Shown: positions 23,125 to 35,400 of the stretch, in pieces
Position numbering within the stretch: the stretch's first letter is position 1
Layout of the letters: each line of letters begins with the position of its first letter
Assembly (NCBI GenBank): GCA_965644315.1
Contig: CBFFRQ010000042.1
Coordinates: 558,001-622,000, forward strand
Direction: 5' to 3'
Origin: Caecitellus pseudoparvulus
Taxonomy: Eukaryota > Protista > Bigyra: Bicosoecida
DNA: 64,000 bases
The notes under the pieces: model-generated
Seen by the model: only the letters and a program-made list of their open reading frames with translations
Told to the model about the DNA's origin: nothing
Database searches by the model: none
Made by a program: the position numbers and the translations under genes

Positions 23125-25533
23125 ATGTCCAGGCCAGAGCAGGCTTCGCCCAGGCGGCGCCTGGCGGAACAAACCCGTCGGCAGGTGCAAGCAGGAAGAG
23201 AGGCAGCCAACGTTAGGAGGGTTCCGAACCCTAACTCTCGTCTTTCTCAAGCACCGGGTGCCCAGCAAGCCCCAAGCCGGGGGAAGGCGATCCTGGGCTG
23301 GTTCTCCAGCATCGGGGAGAACTTCAAACGAGGCGCACAAACTCTCAGGAGGAGTGGTGGGAGGCCGACAGAAGCGGACGAAACTTGGTACGAGCCCCCT
23401 CCAGACGACGGGGAGGAGGCTGACTTCGGGATCCACCGGTCAACTGGCTCAACGTTGCGTCGGCCGCCTCCCGGCGGACGCCCGACACAGCCACCCCAGG
23501 AAGCCACTCACCAGACAGAGCACACACTTGACAGTGAAGGTGCATGGCCTCAGCCCTTCAGGGGGAACCCCTTTCTGGCCCCAGATCAGGCTCGCTCAAG
23601 ACCTGAGCAGGCCATGTCAGCACCCGCCAGCGGACTCGGGCAGAGGTCCAGCCCGCAGCCGGGTAGCGCAACGGAGGCACCGCCCCCAGGCCCAGCGCCC
23701 CCCCCTTCAGCCGGCTTTCGTGCACCTCTCCCTCATTCGCACGAGTCCTCTGACACTGACGGTGACGGCGCCAGGGGGGGTGCTCCGCCGACCAGGCAGC
23801 AGCCGCCGGCTGTGGACACCGCGCATGGTCTCCACGGGACGGTGAATCCCCTTTCCCGGAAGACCACTGCACCTGTGGATGAGCCTACCCCCATGTCAAC
23901 GCAAGGTTCAACTTCCACCCCTGGCCAGCACAAGGAGGAGGGCCCAGCGCCGCAGGGCCCACCCACTCCCGAGCCTCCCGTTGCAGCCCGGCGATCCCGG
24001 CCAGAAAGGGGTCACTCAGGTCGTAGACGGCGCCCCCAAGGTCCGCGGCAGACTGCCGACGACTATTTTGCTGATGACCAGATCGACAGCGATTACAGTG
24101 ATGCTGGCGCGCCTGTGCAGCCAGCAGCGCGAAGTGACCTCCATGACCAGCTCAGCGTCCTCTCGGATGACTTCGAGAGGCTGCAAGCCAAGGTGGAAGA
24201 CTTGGAAGCCACCGCAGAAACCGTGGAACAAGAGCTGTTTGCCAACCTGCAGTACCTGGAGGCAGCTGTTGAGCGGCGGGAAGACATGGTCATGGCTCAC
24301 GTTGGGCAGACGGCCGACCTGGGGCGCCTGCGTGGTGAACTGCTGGCAGAAGTGCGGGAGGAGGTCGCGGCGACAGTGGAGAGCCAGGGCAAACTCATCA
24401 TGGATTTGGCCATGGGCCAGGTCAGCCAACTAGCACACCAAGTGCGGCGGGCGGAGGATGAGACCCTGCTGTCCACACTGGCTGACATCCGCGGCAGCCT
24501 GGTGCACTTCCTGCTGACAGGCACTGTGAAGGTGGCCAGCGCCGCACAGCCAGCCGTGGAGCCCGTATGGAGTACTTTGTACGGGCTCCTGGGCTGGATC
24601 GGCACGTCAGTGGGCGTGTCCAACGAGCAGTGTGGCCGACTGTGGCGGTGCTGCTGCTCCCGGACGCGGGCTGAGGACTTGCAGGGCGCCCCCACGCCTG
24701 GCGCCGCGCCTGCTCCCCACCCCATGGCAGCGGGACAGCTGGAACAAACCGGCAGGCTGCATTCCCACCACACAGAGGCGCAAGGTCGACAGTACGCTGA
24801 CATGGGCCAAGCACCCCGCCAGGTTGCCGGGTGGGATGCAGGACCCGCCACCCCTGACCAGGCCCCGATGCCACGACGCGTGGGCCACAGGTACACCCCC
24901 CCTCCACCACCTGACGCCCTGCCCCCCGCCACACACGACCCCCGTGGACACTGGTACGTACCTGGGCCAGAGCCTGGGAGGTATCCACCGGCGCTCCCAG
25001 GCGCAGGTGGCCTGCCCACAGCGTACCCCCCCGTTGCCCGTGACAGGCGCCTGGAGCGATCTCCCCCTCTCCGCTCGCGGGCATGGCAAGGCCAAGAGGC
25101 GGCGCGTGCGGCTGATGGTGCCATCTCCGCACGGCAGCGGCACGATGCTCGGCCAGGGCGCTCCTTCCGGCAGGCGCCCACTGCCCATCGCCATGCTTCC
25201 AGCAGCCCCCCCTTCGACACCAGCTCAGCGGAGCGGGGTAGCCAGGGCCGCTACAGCGCACAGTACGGCTATGACGGCCGCCCGGAGTTCAGCCTTCCCG
25301 CGGCCCAGCTGCCTCGCGGTGGGGACACGAGCATGCTTCACCGTGAGCCCAGGCAAGATGCATGGGAGGGGGCAGGCGCCTACCGCCGACTGCCACGCGG
25401 TGCAGGAAGCATGAGGGATGTGGGCCAGGCGTACGCGCCTCGGCGGGATGTCGCTGGCAGGGGAGGCGGCCCCGATGCCCGCAGCACCAGCAGCTACGAC
25501 TCCCGTGCCCACGACTTTGATGGGTTGGAGTGA
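23125..25533 (+). CDS. Hypothetical protein: disordered ends with a central coiled coil and hydrophobic segment
   Basis: About 800-aa ORF. Heptad-like LSDDFERLQAKVEDLE region, hydrophobic VWSTLYGLLGWIG segment and a WRCCC cluster. Confidence 0.65.
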   Translation: MSRPEQASPRRRLAEQTRRQVQAGREAANVRRVPNPNSRLSQAPGAQQAPSRGKAILGWFSSIGENFKRGAQTLRRSGGRPTEADETWYEPPPDDGEEADFGIHRSTGSTLRRPPPGGRPTQPPQEATHQTEHTLDSEGAWPQPFRGNPFLAPDQARSRPEQAMSAPASGLGQRSSPQPGSATEAPPPGPAPPPSAGFRAPLPHSHESSDTDGDGARGGAPPTRQQPPAVDTAHGLHGTVNPLSRKTTAPVDEPTPMSTQGSTSTPGQHKEEGPAPQGPPTPEPPVAARRSRPERGHSGRRRRPQGPRQTADDYFADDQIDSDYSDAGAPVQPAARSDLHDQLSVLSDDFERLQAKVEDLEATAETVEQELFANLQYLEAAVERREDMVMAHVGQTADLGRLRGELLAEVREEVAATVESQGKLIMDLAMGQVSQLAHQVRRAEDETLLSTLADIRGSLVHFLLTGTVKVASAAQPAVEPVWSTLYGLLGWIGTSVGVSNEQCGRLWRCCCSRTRAEDLQGAPTPGAAPAPHPMAAGQLEQTGRLHSHHTEAQGRQYADMGQAPRQVAGWDAGPATPDQAPMPRRVGHRYTPPPPPDALPPATHDPRGHWYVPGPEPGRYPPALPGAGGLPTAYPPVARDRRLERSPPLRSRAWQGQEAARAADGAISARQRHDARPGRSFRQAPTAHRHASSSPPFDTSSAERGSQGRYSAQYGYDGRPEFSLPAAQLPRGGDTSMLHREPRQDAWEGAGAYRRLPRGAGSMRDVGQAYAPRRDVAGRGGGPDARSTSSYDSRAHDFDGLE

Positions 25534-26852
25534 TCACCCTGCTCTCTGGCGGCGCCCAGGCGTCAGAGCACAGCACAAGGCAGCAGCTACACGACGCAGT
25601 GCATGTGCCATCCCACACTGAGCGCGTTGCTGCGCAGGTACTGGCCGTTGCCGGGCTGACCACGAGCCACAGGCTGCGTGGCGGCAGGCCGTGCCGGCAG
25701 CACTGGCAACGGTCGAGGCATTGGACACCTGGCACAGCATGGACAGGACAGCGGAGGCCAAGCCCTCGTTTAGGCGAGGGTGGCGGTCTGCTAAGTGCGA
25801 CATACGCACGCGGGCGACGCCGCCAGCCAGCCATCCGCTGAGGGCCGGGCACAGCCAGTCCATGTACAGGAACGCGAGCACGGGGTGCGTGGAGATCCAG
25901 CTCTCAGGCAGCCCTGCCGCCGTCGCGGCACAGGCAAGCTCCACACAGCGGCGTGTTGGCATCTTGTCTGACTCGTCCACGGCGTGCCCCTCGTCGGCAA
26001 AGGTCCCTCCCCGAGGCAGCAGGGCGGCAGCGCTGCCCTCTGACTTGACAGGGCCAGGGCAGACAACTGTCACAGACACCTCTGGCGCACCGGCGCGCAG
26101 AGTTTGTCCCCTTGCCTCGGCCGCGAAGGCCCTGAAAAACGCCCGCAGACCAGCTTTTGCCGCTGCGTACGAGGAAGCCGCAGGCACAGGCAGGTGGCCC
26201 GCCACGCTGCTCATGACCATGACGGCTCCTCCTTGACCACTCTCGCCCTGCATGTGCCGCAGGAGTGGACCAGCCAGGGAAATGTGCCCCAGCAAGTTCA
26301 CCTGCAGAATGCGGCGGTGCACATCCGGTGGCGTCTCCACCACCGTGCCCCGCAAATCCACGCCAGCGTTCAGCACGACCACCTGTAGGTTGCCAAAGTG
26401 ACCCGCAGCCGCGCGAATGACTTCTTCGGCACATCCTATGCTTGTCACGTCAAGGGTCTGCACGGCAGCGACCTGGCATCCATCGTGAGGGCTCAGTTCA
26501 CGACACTGCGCCGCAACCGCCTCCAGACGCCGCACCCTCCGGCCAGAGAGCACGACTCTCGCTCCCCACGACGCCACTTGCAACGCAAGATCAGATCCGA
26601 CTGAGAGAGGCATGCATAGTTGTGCTGGTGCTGGCATGCGTTGCGCCACGTGCACTCACTTCCGGACGAGGCGCCCACAATCCACACGACTTTGCCGTTG
26701 AAAAAGCCAGGCGCAATGTCGCATGCAAGGGCATCCAGTGTTGCGGCGTCTGCATCTGCAAGAACAAAGGCCCTTGCACGCCAGCAACACCACATAAGCC
26801 CGGCCAGTAAGAGAAGGCCCCAACCAAACTCCACTTGCGCAAAGGAATCCAT
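25534..26852 (-). CDS. Short-chain dehydrogenase/reductase, DHRS7-like, with N-terminal membrane anchor
   Basis: GKVVWIVGASSG|IG across intron 26601-26659, VLNAG, SSVAG, catalytic YAAAK, VCPGPV and KMPTRRC. The 3' end is uncertain. Confidence 0.88.
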
Positions 26853-27228
26853 ATCCCCGGTTGTGGAGTTTCAGCCTGAAACTCTAAGCATGTCCGCCTC
26901 GCTAAGCACCACAACAGTCTCAATCTACCATGCATGTCTTGACCTTCATGAAGCCTTAAATTTGGGATTTGCTTGCCCGGTGTACTTGTCGCTGCCACGG
27001 CTGTATTCTGAGCAGGGAGACCCGTCGTGGAAGCCTTGACATCAGTCCAGCGAGGGCACAAATTCGAATGCACTCCGCGTAGGACACCAACCCCACCTTG
27101 TCGGCAGAAGTTGCGGACAAGTGTGAGGCTGTGTCGTCATCTCCACTCGCACAAGTTGCGAGTGTTTGCAAGTGCGGCGTTCCAGTGCCGTCCTATGCCT
27201 GGGCAGCTCAGCCTGCATTCCCAGTGAC

Positions 27229-30200
27229 ATGGCTGCAGCCCAACATACAGTGAAGGTGTATGAGGAGGTTGAGGACGAGGACTGCAATGGCGACTTTGCA
27301 GTGGGGAGTCCAGTTGACGTCTCTACTGCGGCCTTGCTGGGCGGACAAAGCCACACCCTGAGAAATGGCTCGGACACTGTGCCTGTCACTCAGCCTGCGC
27401 AGCAGCCGGGTCTGAACATCGCAGTAGGCGATACGTACGGTGTAGTGTTTTTCATGCTGGACGGGGGTAAGTGTCGTGCCCTCCTTGCACTGCAGACACG
27501 ACCCCCACCTTCACTGCGGAAAATGCCACAGGTTTTGCACTTGCGCGCACCAGCGCCGTGGCAACTGCAGCTTCACAAGCTGCCAGCAAGGCCGAGGAGG
27601 AAGGAGATCCCCATGAAGAGGCGGTGGCCGGCGTTGTGAGGCTCAAGGGTGGTGCTTCCTCGCAAACGGTTGGCTTGCTGCTGTCTGCCGATCAGCAGAC
27701 GTTGGCTGTGGCGAGCGAGGCTGGCGGAGTGGCGACCGTGGCGTTGTTTAGGGCCGAAGACCTTGCCGCCATGGCTTTATCTTCTAGGAGCTCTGAAGTG
27801 ACACTCCCCGCCCCGGTACAGGCCTGCGACTTCGACGGCTCCGTGACCTGCATGCAGTGGATTGAAGGTGGCGAGGCGGTCATGGTCCTCTGCCAGGAGC
27901 GCACTGCTGGCAGTCAGACGCGGGTCGTAGCGTCTCTGGGCACACTGTCTGTGACGAGCGGGGCAGTGGCGAGCACAGAGTGCCCAGGCCTGACTGCTGC
28001 CGCTTGGATTCCAGCTGAGGGCAGCGGGGAAGCGGAGCTGCTCTTCGGCACTGCCAGCGGCGAGATCCGCAGCTGCGCCTGGTCAGCTCACAGCGAGATC
28101 CTTGGGTGTGACGGAGGAGCCCTTGCAACCCATGCTAGGAGTGGTGACATTGTACATGTTGGCAGGGCACTGGGTTCCTCGGAAGCGTATTCCGTGGCTC
28201 GTGTGGCGGTGCAGGAGGCTGCTCGTGGGTGGCTTGCCCTGGCCTTGGTGTGTGCCTCTGACTCGGGCCAAGTTCTGCCGGTTGTCCTGGCTAAAGGCCA
28301 GCAGGGCCGCGGTGCATGGACCGTGCACATCTTGGGCAGTGACGTCGGACCCCCACAAGTGCCCCTGTCACAGGGGCCAGCTACGTGGAGCATTGCGAAC
28401 ATCCCCGAGTGGAACATGTTCATCCTGGGGCACTCTCACAGCAGTGACCTCGACTTTGTGTTTCTGGGATGCACAGATGACTCGGGGGAAGAAGAGTGGC
28501 ACGCTTTGAGGTTCATGGAGACGGACTACGCGTTGCGGCCCCAGGTGTTCAGTTTGTCACAAGGCATCCCCATCTCCGGCGTGGCCGTGGACAGGAGCAC
28601 GGAAGTTTCAGGTCCTGATTCCGGCTCCGGGCCCGCTCTGCTCGTCCTCACCGGTATAGCAAGCGTTCTGCAAGGGTGCCTACTGCCGTACGACGACGCG
28701 ATGGACTTGGGGTTCAACGATGAAGACAGCCACCTTCCTGATGCATTGCCTTGGCTGGACGTGACTGTGCCTCGCTCCCCACGGCCGGGCCCTGCCAGCA
28801 GCAACCCAACAGTGCCAGCCGCAGCACCAGCAGCAGCACCCTCGCCAGCGCCTGTGGCAGCACCCCCACAGGCAACACCGAGTTTTGGGCTAGGACGACC
28901 TGAAAGCAGCTCCCGACCGACGCTGGCCGCAACAGGCAACGCTTTCTCGGGCGGGCGTCCCCACTCTTCGCCTGCGGCTCCCGCAGGTGCCTCGACCTCG
29001 CACAGACGTGCAAGTGGCGGGGCAGTGGGGTCTACAGCTGACACAAGCTCTTCACCAAGCTCGCACGTGCCACGGCAGGCAGCAAGCCGTGTTTCTGAGT
29101 GGCGTGCGCAGCGCAGTGAGCGCCAAGTTCAGCCAGAGCACAGAGCAGACCAGCTCGCCCAGCAACTCCAAGATGCGATGGACGACTCCCTCCAAGACCT
29201 GGTGGTCATGGCGCAGGAAGACGTGCAAGCGGGGTCGGAGTCCATGCCACTGGCTGACGCCTGCCGCGACGTGGTGGCTGCCTTGGATGCCGTGTCGGGG
29301 TCCCCCGACCAAGAAGCAAGCGGGCTGAGGGGCACGGCTCGGACCCTTCAGCGCGTCAACGCATTGGCGAACTCTGTTTACCAGCTCCAAACACAGCTGC
29401 TCTTTGTGATGGGGGACGTCACTGCCCTGCACAAGCAAGCCGAAGCGCAAGTGCAGCTTCACTCTTCGCCAAACTTTGATCGCCATGCTGCCACCGCCCC
29501 CTTGGACCCCTCCAGTGCAACCCTGCGCAGTTCCAACCAGCGCAGGCAGCGTTTGCTGGAAGTGCGCGTGGAAGCAGCCAGGTGCAGCTTGAAGGACATC
29601 ATTGAAGCGAGGAATAGCGGCGCGTCAGATGGGCATGGCTCCTCGCGCACTGCATTGCACTTGTTGCAGCGAACCGTGAACAGCCTGCTGGCAATGTGCG
29701 AGCGTGTTGGCAGCGACACAGATGCTCTGCAGAGCAGGCTACACTCCATGCGTGATAGCGTGGGGCAGGCATCGATGCGAACTGGGCAATCGTTCGAACC
29801 ACCCGTCGCTCCGAGGCATGGCTCCGCAGTCGCTGAGCGCGCTCCATTCATGCCCGGCCGGCGTGGAGCTGCGGGCCCACACTCAGCCTTTCCAGGTGCC
29901 TTTGAGCACGTTGCCTCGCCTTCTAGCGACCTGGCCCGCATTCATGAGCGGGCTACTGCTTCCCAGGCAAGTACTGGCTCTCAGGAAGCGATAGACGCCA
30001 CTCGGCAACACGACGCTACGCAAATTCTGGACATGTTGTGGGGGCAGCCAGCAACCGGGGCTGCCCACTGTGCTGTCTTGGACCACTTGGCATCCCTGCC
30101 CGATTCGGTGGAGGCTGGTTCACTGGCAGGCGAAGCTCCAAGCGACGAGGTGGCTTCGATGCAGCAGCGAGTCTTGGGCTTCGAGCGGGCCTTCCAGTCC

Positions 30201-32243
30201 GCGGAAGCCTTCAATACCGCCGTGGAGGCCACCCTGCAAGCCCTCATTCCAGACTTCCCAGAGCCACAAGTAGCGCCAGAGGTGCCTTCCGTCGCGCCAC
30301 GCAGGCCGCGGATTGTGGCTGCCCCGGCCCCATCTCAAGTTGACAGCAGCTCGCCTGCTGTGGCCGATTCCATCGTGCCCCCCGAAGCACCTCCACGTGT
30401 GTTTCCTGATGGGGATGGTGGGGAAGAGTCAGCCAGGGCGCTGGCGCCGTTGCCGCAAGCACCACCATCGCCAGCTCCAGCGCCAGTGGCTGCGTCAACC
30501 CCATCTCTGAGCATTCGAGAGCCAAGGACAGCCACTAGTGCCCCCGTTTTGACCCCAGCAAGTGAGGCCACCCCCACCATCATTTCCGCATATCCTGCAA
30601 CATCCTCGTCCATCGCCCCAACAAGCGCCGGCATCAGCAGTGGGGGTGGCGGTGGGCTGTTGGGCACATCAGGTGGTGCGGGCACATCCAGCGGCTTGGG
30701 CGGCGGTGCGCCCAGCATCAGTACGAGTGCCGGGGGCGCCACGGGCGGGGGCCTGGGTCTGGGTCTGAGCGGGAGCAGCAGTGGGGGTGGCGGCGGGCTG
30801 TTGGGCACATCAGGTGGTGCGGGCACATCCAGCGGCTTGGGCGGCGGTGCGCCCAGCATCAGTACGAGTGCCGGGGGCGCCACGAGCGGGGGCCTGGGTC
30901 TGGGTCTGAGCGGGAGCAGCAGTGGGGGTGGCGGCGGGCTGTTGGGCACATCAGGTGGTGCGGGCACATCCAGCGGCTTGGGCGGCGGTGCGCCCAGCAT
31001 CAGTACGAGTGCCGGGGGCGCCACGAGCGGGGGCCTGGGTCTGGGTCTGAGCGGGAGCAGCAGTGGGGGTGGCGGCGGGCTGTTGGGCACATCAGGTGGT
31101 GCGGGCACATCCAGCGGCTTGGGCGGCGGTGCGCCCAGCATCAGTACGAGTGCCGGGGGCGCCACGAGCGGGGGCCTGGGTCTGGGTCTGAGCGGGAGCA
31201 GCAGTGGGGGTGGCGGCGGGCTGTTGGGCACATCAGGTGGTGCGGGCACATCCAGCGGCTTGGGCGGCGGTGCGCCCAGCATCAGTACGGGTGCCGGGGG
31301 CGCCACGAGCGGGGGCCTGGGTCTGGGTCTGAGCGGGAGCAGCAGTGGGGGTGGCGGTGGGCTGTTGGGCACATCAGGTGGTGCGGGCACATCCAGCGGC
31401 TTGGGCGGCGGTGCGCCCAGCATCAGTACGAGTGCCGGGGGCGCCACGGGCGGGGGCCTGGGTCTGGGTCTGAGCGGGAGCAGCAGTGGGGGTGGCGGCG
31501 GGCTGTTGGGCACATCAGGTGGTGCGGGCACATCCAGCGGCTTGGGCGGCGGTGCACTTGGAGGGGGACTCGCTTCGGGTGGACTTGGGGCAGCTACCTC
31601 AGCCGTCGGGCTTGGTGCTGGCCCTGGCGGAGCCATTCAGTCTGCTGCCCAGCCGGCCACAGATGAGCAGCACACCCAAGCGCTGCTTTTGTTTTTCCAG
31701 AAGAATTTCCCAGAGAAAGCCAAGCCTGCCAACGTGGTCAAGCAGTTCAACAAGTACAAGGCCGGCGTGTGGGGCAAGCTGCTGGGAAAGTACCCGCAGC
31801 TTGCGGCAAGCATTCGGCAGCATGCACCTGCAGGTTCGCTGCCAGCAGGGGGAGGCTTGCAAGGGGGGCTTGGGCAAGTTGCGAGTGGTGGCGTGCCAGC
31901 TTCAGGCATGGCTGCGATGACACAAGCGACTTTCGGCAGCAGTGGTGTTGGTCTTGGTGGGCCACTTGCTGGCGGGGCTCTGGCGGGTGGAGGGGGTCTT
32001 GGGTCAAGCACTCTTGGAATGGCGACGAATCCTGCCGGCGCCTCCTCCACCTTGACGCCAGGATTCATGTCAGCAGGAGCTGCACCAGCAGGTGCCTCAA
32101 CCTTTGGAAGCGCCCTGGGTGCCACCAGCGCCCCTGCTGGTGGTGGGCTAGGTTTGATGAGCGGCGGGGGCGGGGGGGGGCTTTTGGGAGGGTCCATGGC
32201 TCAATCAGGGGGTGCGCTGTCTGTCCTTCAGCCGCGGCGCTGA
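27229..32243 (+). CDS. NUP214: Nucleoporin Nup214/Nup159-like (beta-propeller, coiled coil, Gly-rich repeat domain)
   Basis: After intron 27467-27531 the N-terminus reads IAVGDTYGVVFF..GFALART...LLLSADQQTLAV...IPEWNMFILG, paralleling the Nup214 propeller (plant LAISERHAVLF..GFFVGRT..LSLSADDSILAV). A central coiled coil and a low-complexity G/S/T C-terminus follow. Confidence 0.75.
30636..31555 (+). repeat. 141-bp (47-aa) near-perfect coding tandem repeat, about 6.5 copies
   Basis: TTGGGCACATCAGG recurs at 30660, 30801, 30942, 31083, 31224, 31365 and 31506. Confidence 0.97.
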
Positions 32244-32451
32244 CACAAGCAGCGTTGCTGCCTTGGCACATCTGCTGGCCAGTTCAAGAAGCGACATACA
32301 ATCCGCACACTAAATTCACCAAACAGGGTGACCTTTTTTGCTGCTGTTGGCACGTCCAAGTGGCTTGCCAGGTGCCTCGCGTCGGCAGTCAGTGTGCGCT
32401 GAGGCGCTGTGTGCGCAGATCGCGCGTTTCACGTTTCGGCTGCCGTTAGCC

Positions 32452-35400
32452 ATGGCAGCAGTTGAGGCAGCGGCGGCTCCAGCCGACCGGCTGATGATCT
32501 CCAAGATCGAGACGGAAAACTTCAAATCTTACGGTGGCGTGAAGGTTCTTGGTCCGTTTCACAAGCGCATGACGTGCATTGTGGGTCCTAACGGCAGCGG
32601 AAAAAGCAACAGCCTTGATGCTCTTGTCTTCGCTTTCGGCAAGCGTGCATCCAAGTTGCGGCTCAAGAAGCTCTCTGAACTCATTCACAAGTCTGAAGCG
32701 TACCCAGACTGCACTTTCTGCCGTGTCTCTGTCACGTTCCAGCGCATCGTGGACACAGGGCCAGGTGACGAGGACTTCGATGTGGTGCCTGGCTCACAGT
32801 TCGTAGTCACGCGGGAGGCGTACAAGCCGAGCGGCAGCAAGTACCTGGTCAATGGCAAGGGTGCATCATTTACCGAAGTGAACGAGCTTCTTGTCTCCCA
32901 TGGCGTGGACTTGGTGAACAATCGCTTCCTCATCCTGCAAGGAGAGGTGGAGGCCATTTCCATGATGAAGCCCAAGGGCTCGGACAAGGGAGATGAGGGG
33001 CTGCTTGAGTACCTGGAGGAGATCATTGGCAGCAACAAGTACATTGCCCCAATTGCTGAGGCCGGAGAGAAGTTGGCCCAGTTCGATGAGCTGCGTTCAG
33101 AGAAGCTGGCCCGGGTGCGGGTAGCTGAGAAGGAAAAGGGCGGCCTGGAATCCGCCAAGGTGGAGGCAGAGGAGTACTTGGACAAGCAGAGGGGAATGCT
33201 CACCGCCCAGTCCGCGCTGCTGCAAGTGCACGTAAAGGAAAGCAGCGAGGCTGTCGCCGCAGCCAAGTCCAAGCGTGCTGGCTTGGCCGAGCGCTTGGAG
33301 ACGGAGCGCGAGCGCCTGGCCGCAGCGGAGCAGCAAGTGGGGGAACTGGCGGAAGAGCACGGCTCAGTGACATCAGCCTTGTCTGCGGCCCGGAAAGAGG
33401 CCGAGGCGCACCGCAAAGCCTACACTGACTGTGAGAAGCAAGACATCAAGCTGCGGGCCGAGGTCAAGGCAGCCAAGGCCAAGGCCAAGAAGGCTGAGAA
33501 GGCGCTTGCCTCCCATGCAGAGAAGGCTGAAGCTGCCGCGAAAGAAGGAGATGCGCTGTCTAGCAAGCTTCCTGAGTTGGAGCTTCGCGTGGAGGAAGCG
33601 ACAGAGCGCAAGGCTGCTGCCGAGGCTGAGCTTCAGGCTGTGTACGATGGCCTGAAGGACAAGTCCAGCGGCCTGCGGGAAGCGCTTGAAGCAGCGCAGG
33701 CAGATCTCGCTCCTTGGGCTGAGCAGGTCACGCAGGCCAGCGCAGAGAAAGCGCAAGCGGAGACCGCTCTGTCTATTTTGAGGGAGCAGACGCAGGGAGC
33801 AGCGGCCGAGCTTGCAAAGGTCCAAGACACGATCAAGGCGCTCACCCAAGAGCTGTCTGCAAGTCAGCAGCGGCTGGAAAAGGCTGAGGCAGCTGCCGAA
33901 GCTGCAGCGGCGTCCCTGCAAGCAGCCAAGGCTCGTCTGCAGGAGGCTGAAGCTGCCTATGCCCAGGCAGAGGCCGCGGCCAAGGCTGCTCGGGGCATTT
34001 TCGAGGATAAGAAGGAAGCTTTGTCAGCAACTTCATCTCGAGGCGCCCTGCTCAGTGGCCTCATGTCGGCGACGGCGCCTGGCAAGCCCCTCGCCAGTGC
34101 TGGCCTGGCTGGGCGCCTGGGTGACCTGGGCACCATTGATCCAAAGTACGACGTCGCAGTCTCCACAGCTTGTGGGGCCTTGAACTGGCTGGTGGTGGAC
34201 ACAGTGGAGGGGGGTCAAGCTTGCGTGGAGTACCTGCGGTCCCGTCGCCTTGGTCGCGCGAAGTTCATCATGCTTGACAAAATCGGCTGGGCAGCGGAAG
34301 GCATGGCGAAGTCTGCAGGTCTGCGTACACCTGAGGGGGTGCCCCGCCTGTTTGACTTGATCACGCCCGTCGATGAGAAGTACTCCACAGCCTTCTACTA
34401 CGGCTTGCGGAACACGCTGGTGGCTGAGGATTTGGACCAGGCAGTGCGCATTGCGTACGTGAACGGCAAGTGCAGGTGGCGCGTTGTGACGCTGGCCGGC
34501 GAGATGATTGACACCTCTGGCACGATGTCGGGGGGTGGCAAGACAGTCCGAAAGGGTTTCATGCGGACGGCAGCACCAGCAGGAGCTGCCGCTGCACGGG
34601 GCTCAGCTTCTGCCCCCCTCCCCGCCGCGGCATCCATTGTGACCCCGCAGGATGTCGCAGAAGCAGAGCAGCAGCTGAGCGTTGCCATGGCAGCCTTGAC
34701 TGCAGCGCGAACTGAGCGGGACGAGGCGACCACCGCGCTGGCAAGCGCAGAGGAGGCGGCCTCGAGCGCCACCCTGCAGGAGCTGCGGCAAGTTGTGTCA
34801 ACACTGACAGTGAAGCTGCAGGCCGCAGAGAGAGAGGCTGCCACCCTCGAGCAGGAAGCGGCCGCTGCTGGTGACTTGTCTGCGGCAGACGAGGCTGCCT
34901 TGGCTGACGCAGAAGCGGCACTCGAGGCGGCCACGAAGGCCCACGCCAAGGCCTGTGCCCACGCTGCCAAGTACGAGACCAAGGTGGCTGCCTTAGAGGC
35001 AAAGCTTGCAGGTGTAGGGGGTGACTCTGTGGCAGGCGCGAAGAAGGCGGTGTCAGCTGCCACGGCAGCTTTGGATGCGTCTCGACGCGCGGTGGCCAAG
35101 GCCAAAGCAGAGTTTAAGCAGAGCGCCAAGGCAGCAGAGAAAGCTGCAGCTGCGATTGCAAAGTGTGAGGCTGATGCAGAGGCGTCGAGGGCAAAGGTTG
35201 CCGAGCTGAAAGCTGCACAGGATGCCCTCGTGGAGGATGCAACAGCGGCCCTGGCAGCCCGAGACACGGCGGCAGCTGCAGAGGAGGAAGCACGCGGGGC
35301 GGCCGCTGACGTCGGGAAGCGTCTGGATGCAGTTCGCAGCACTCTGCAGGGCATTCGGGACACAGAGCTGGACATTGCCACTGCTATGCAGGAAGTGGAC

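Noticed and set aside
30636-31555. 141-bp array (and the 30-bp array at 62632-63051) as CRISPR or satellite DNA
   Set aside because: No unique spacers and no cas genes; unit lengths are multiples of 3 and lie in frame within proteins of a eukaryotic genome.
30636-32243. Genetic code reassignment (TTG/CTG to Phe) as the explanation for the LG repeats
   Set aside because: TTG and CTG encode conserved Leu in SMC4 (NLSGGEKTL) and CTG does so in HisRS (LRYDL), and TTC/TTT are used normally for Phe.
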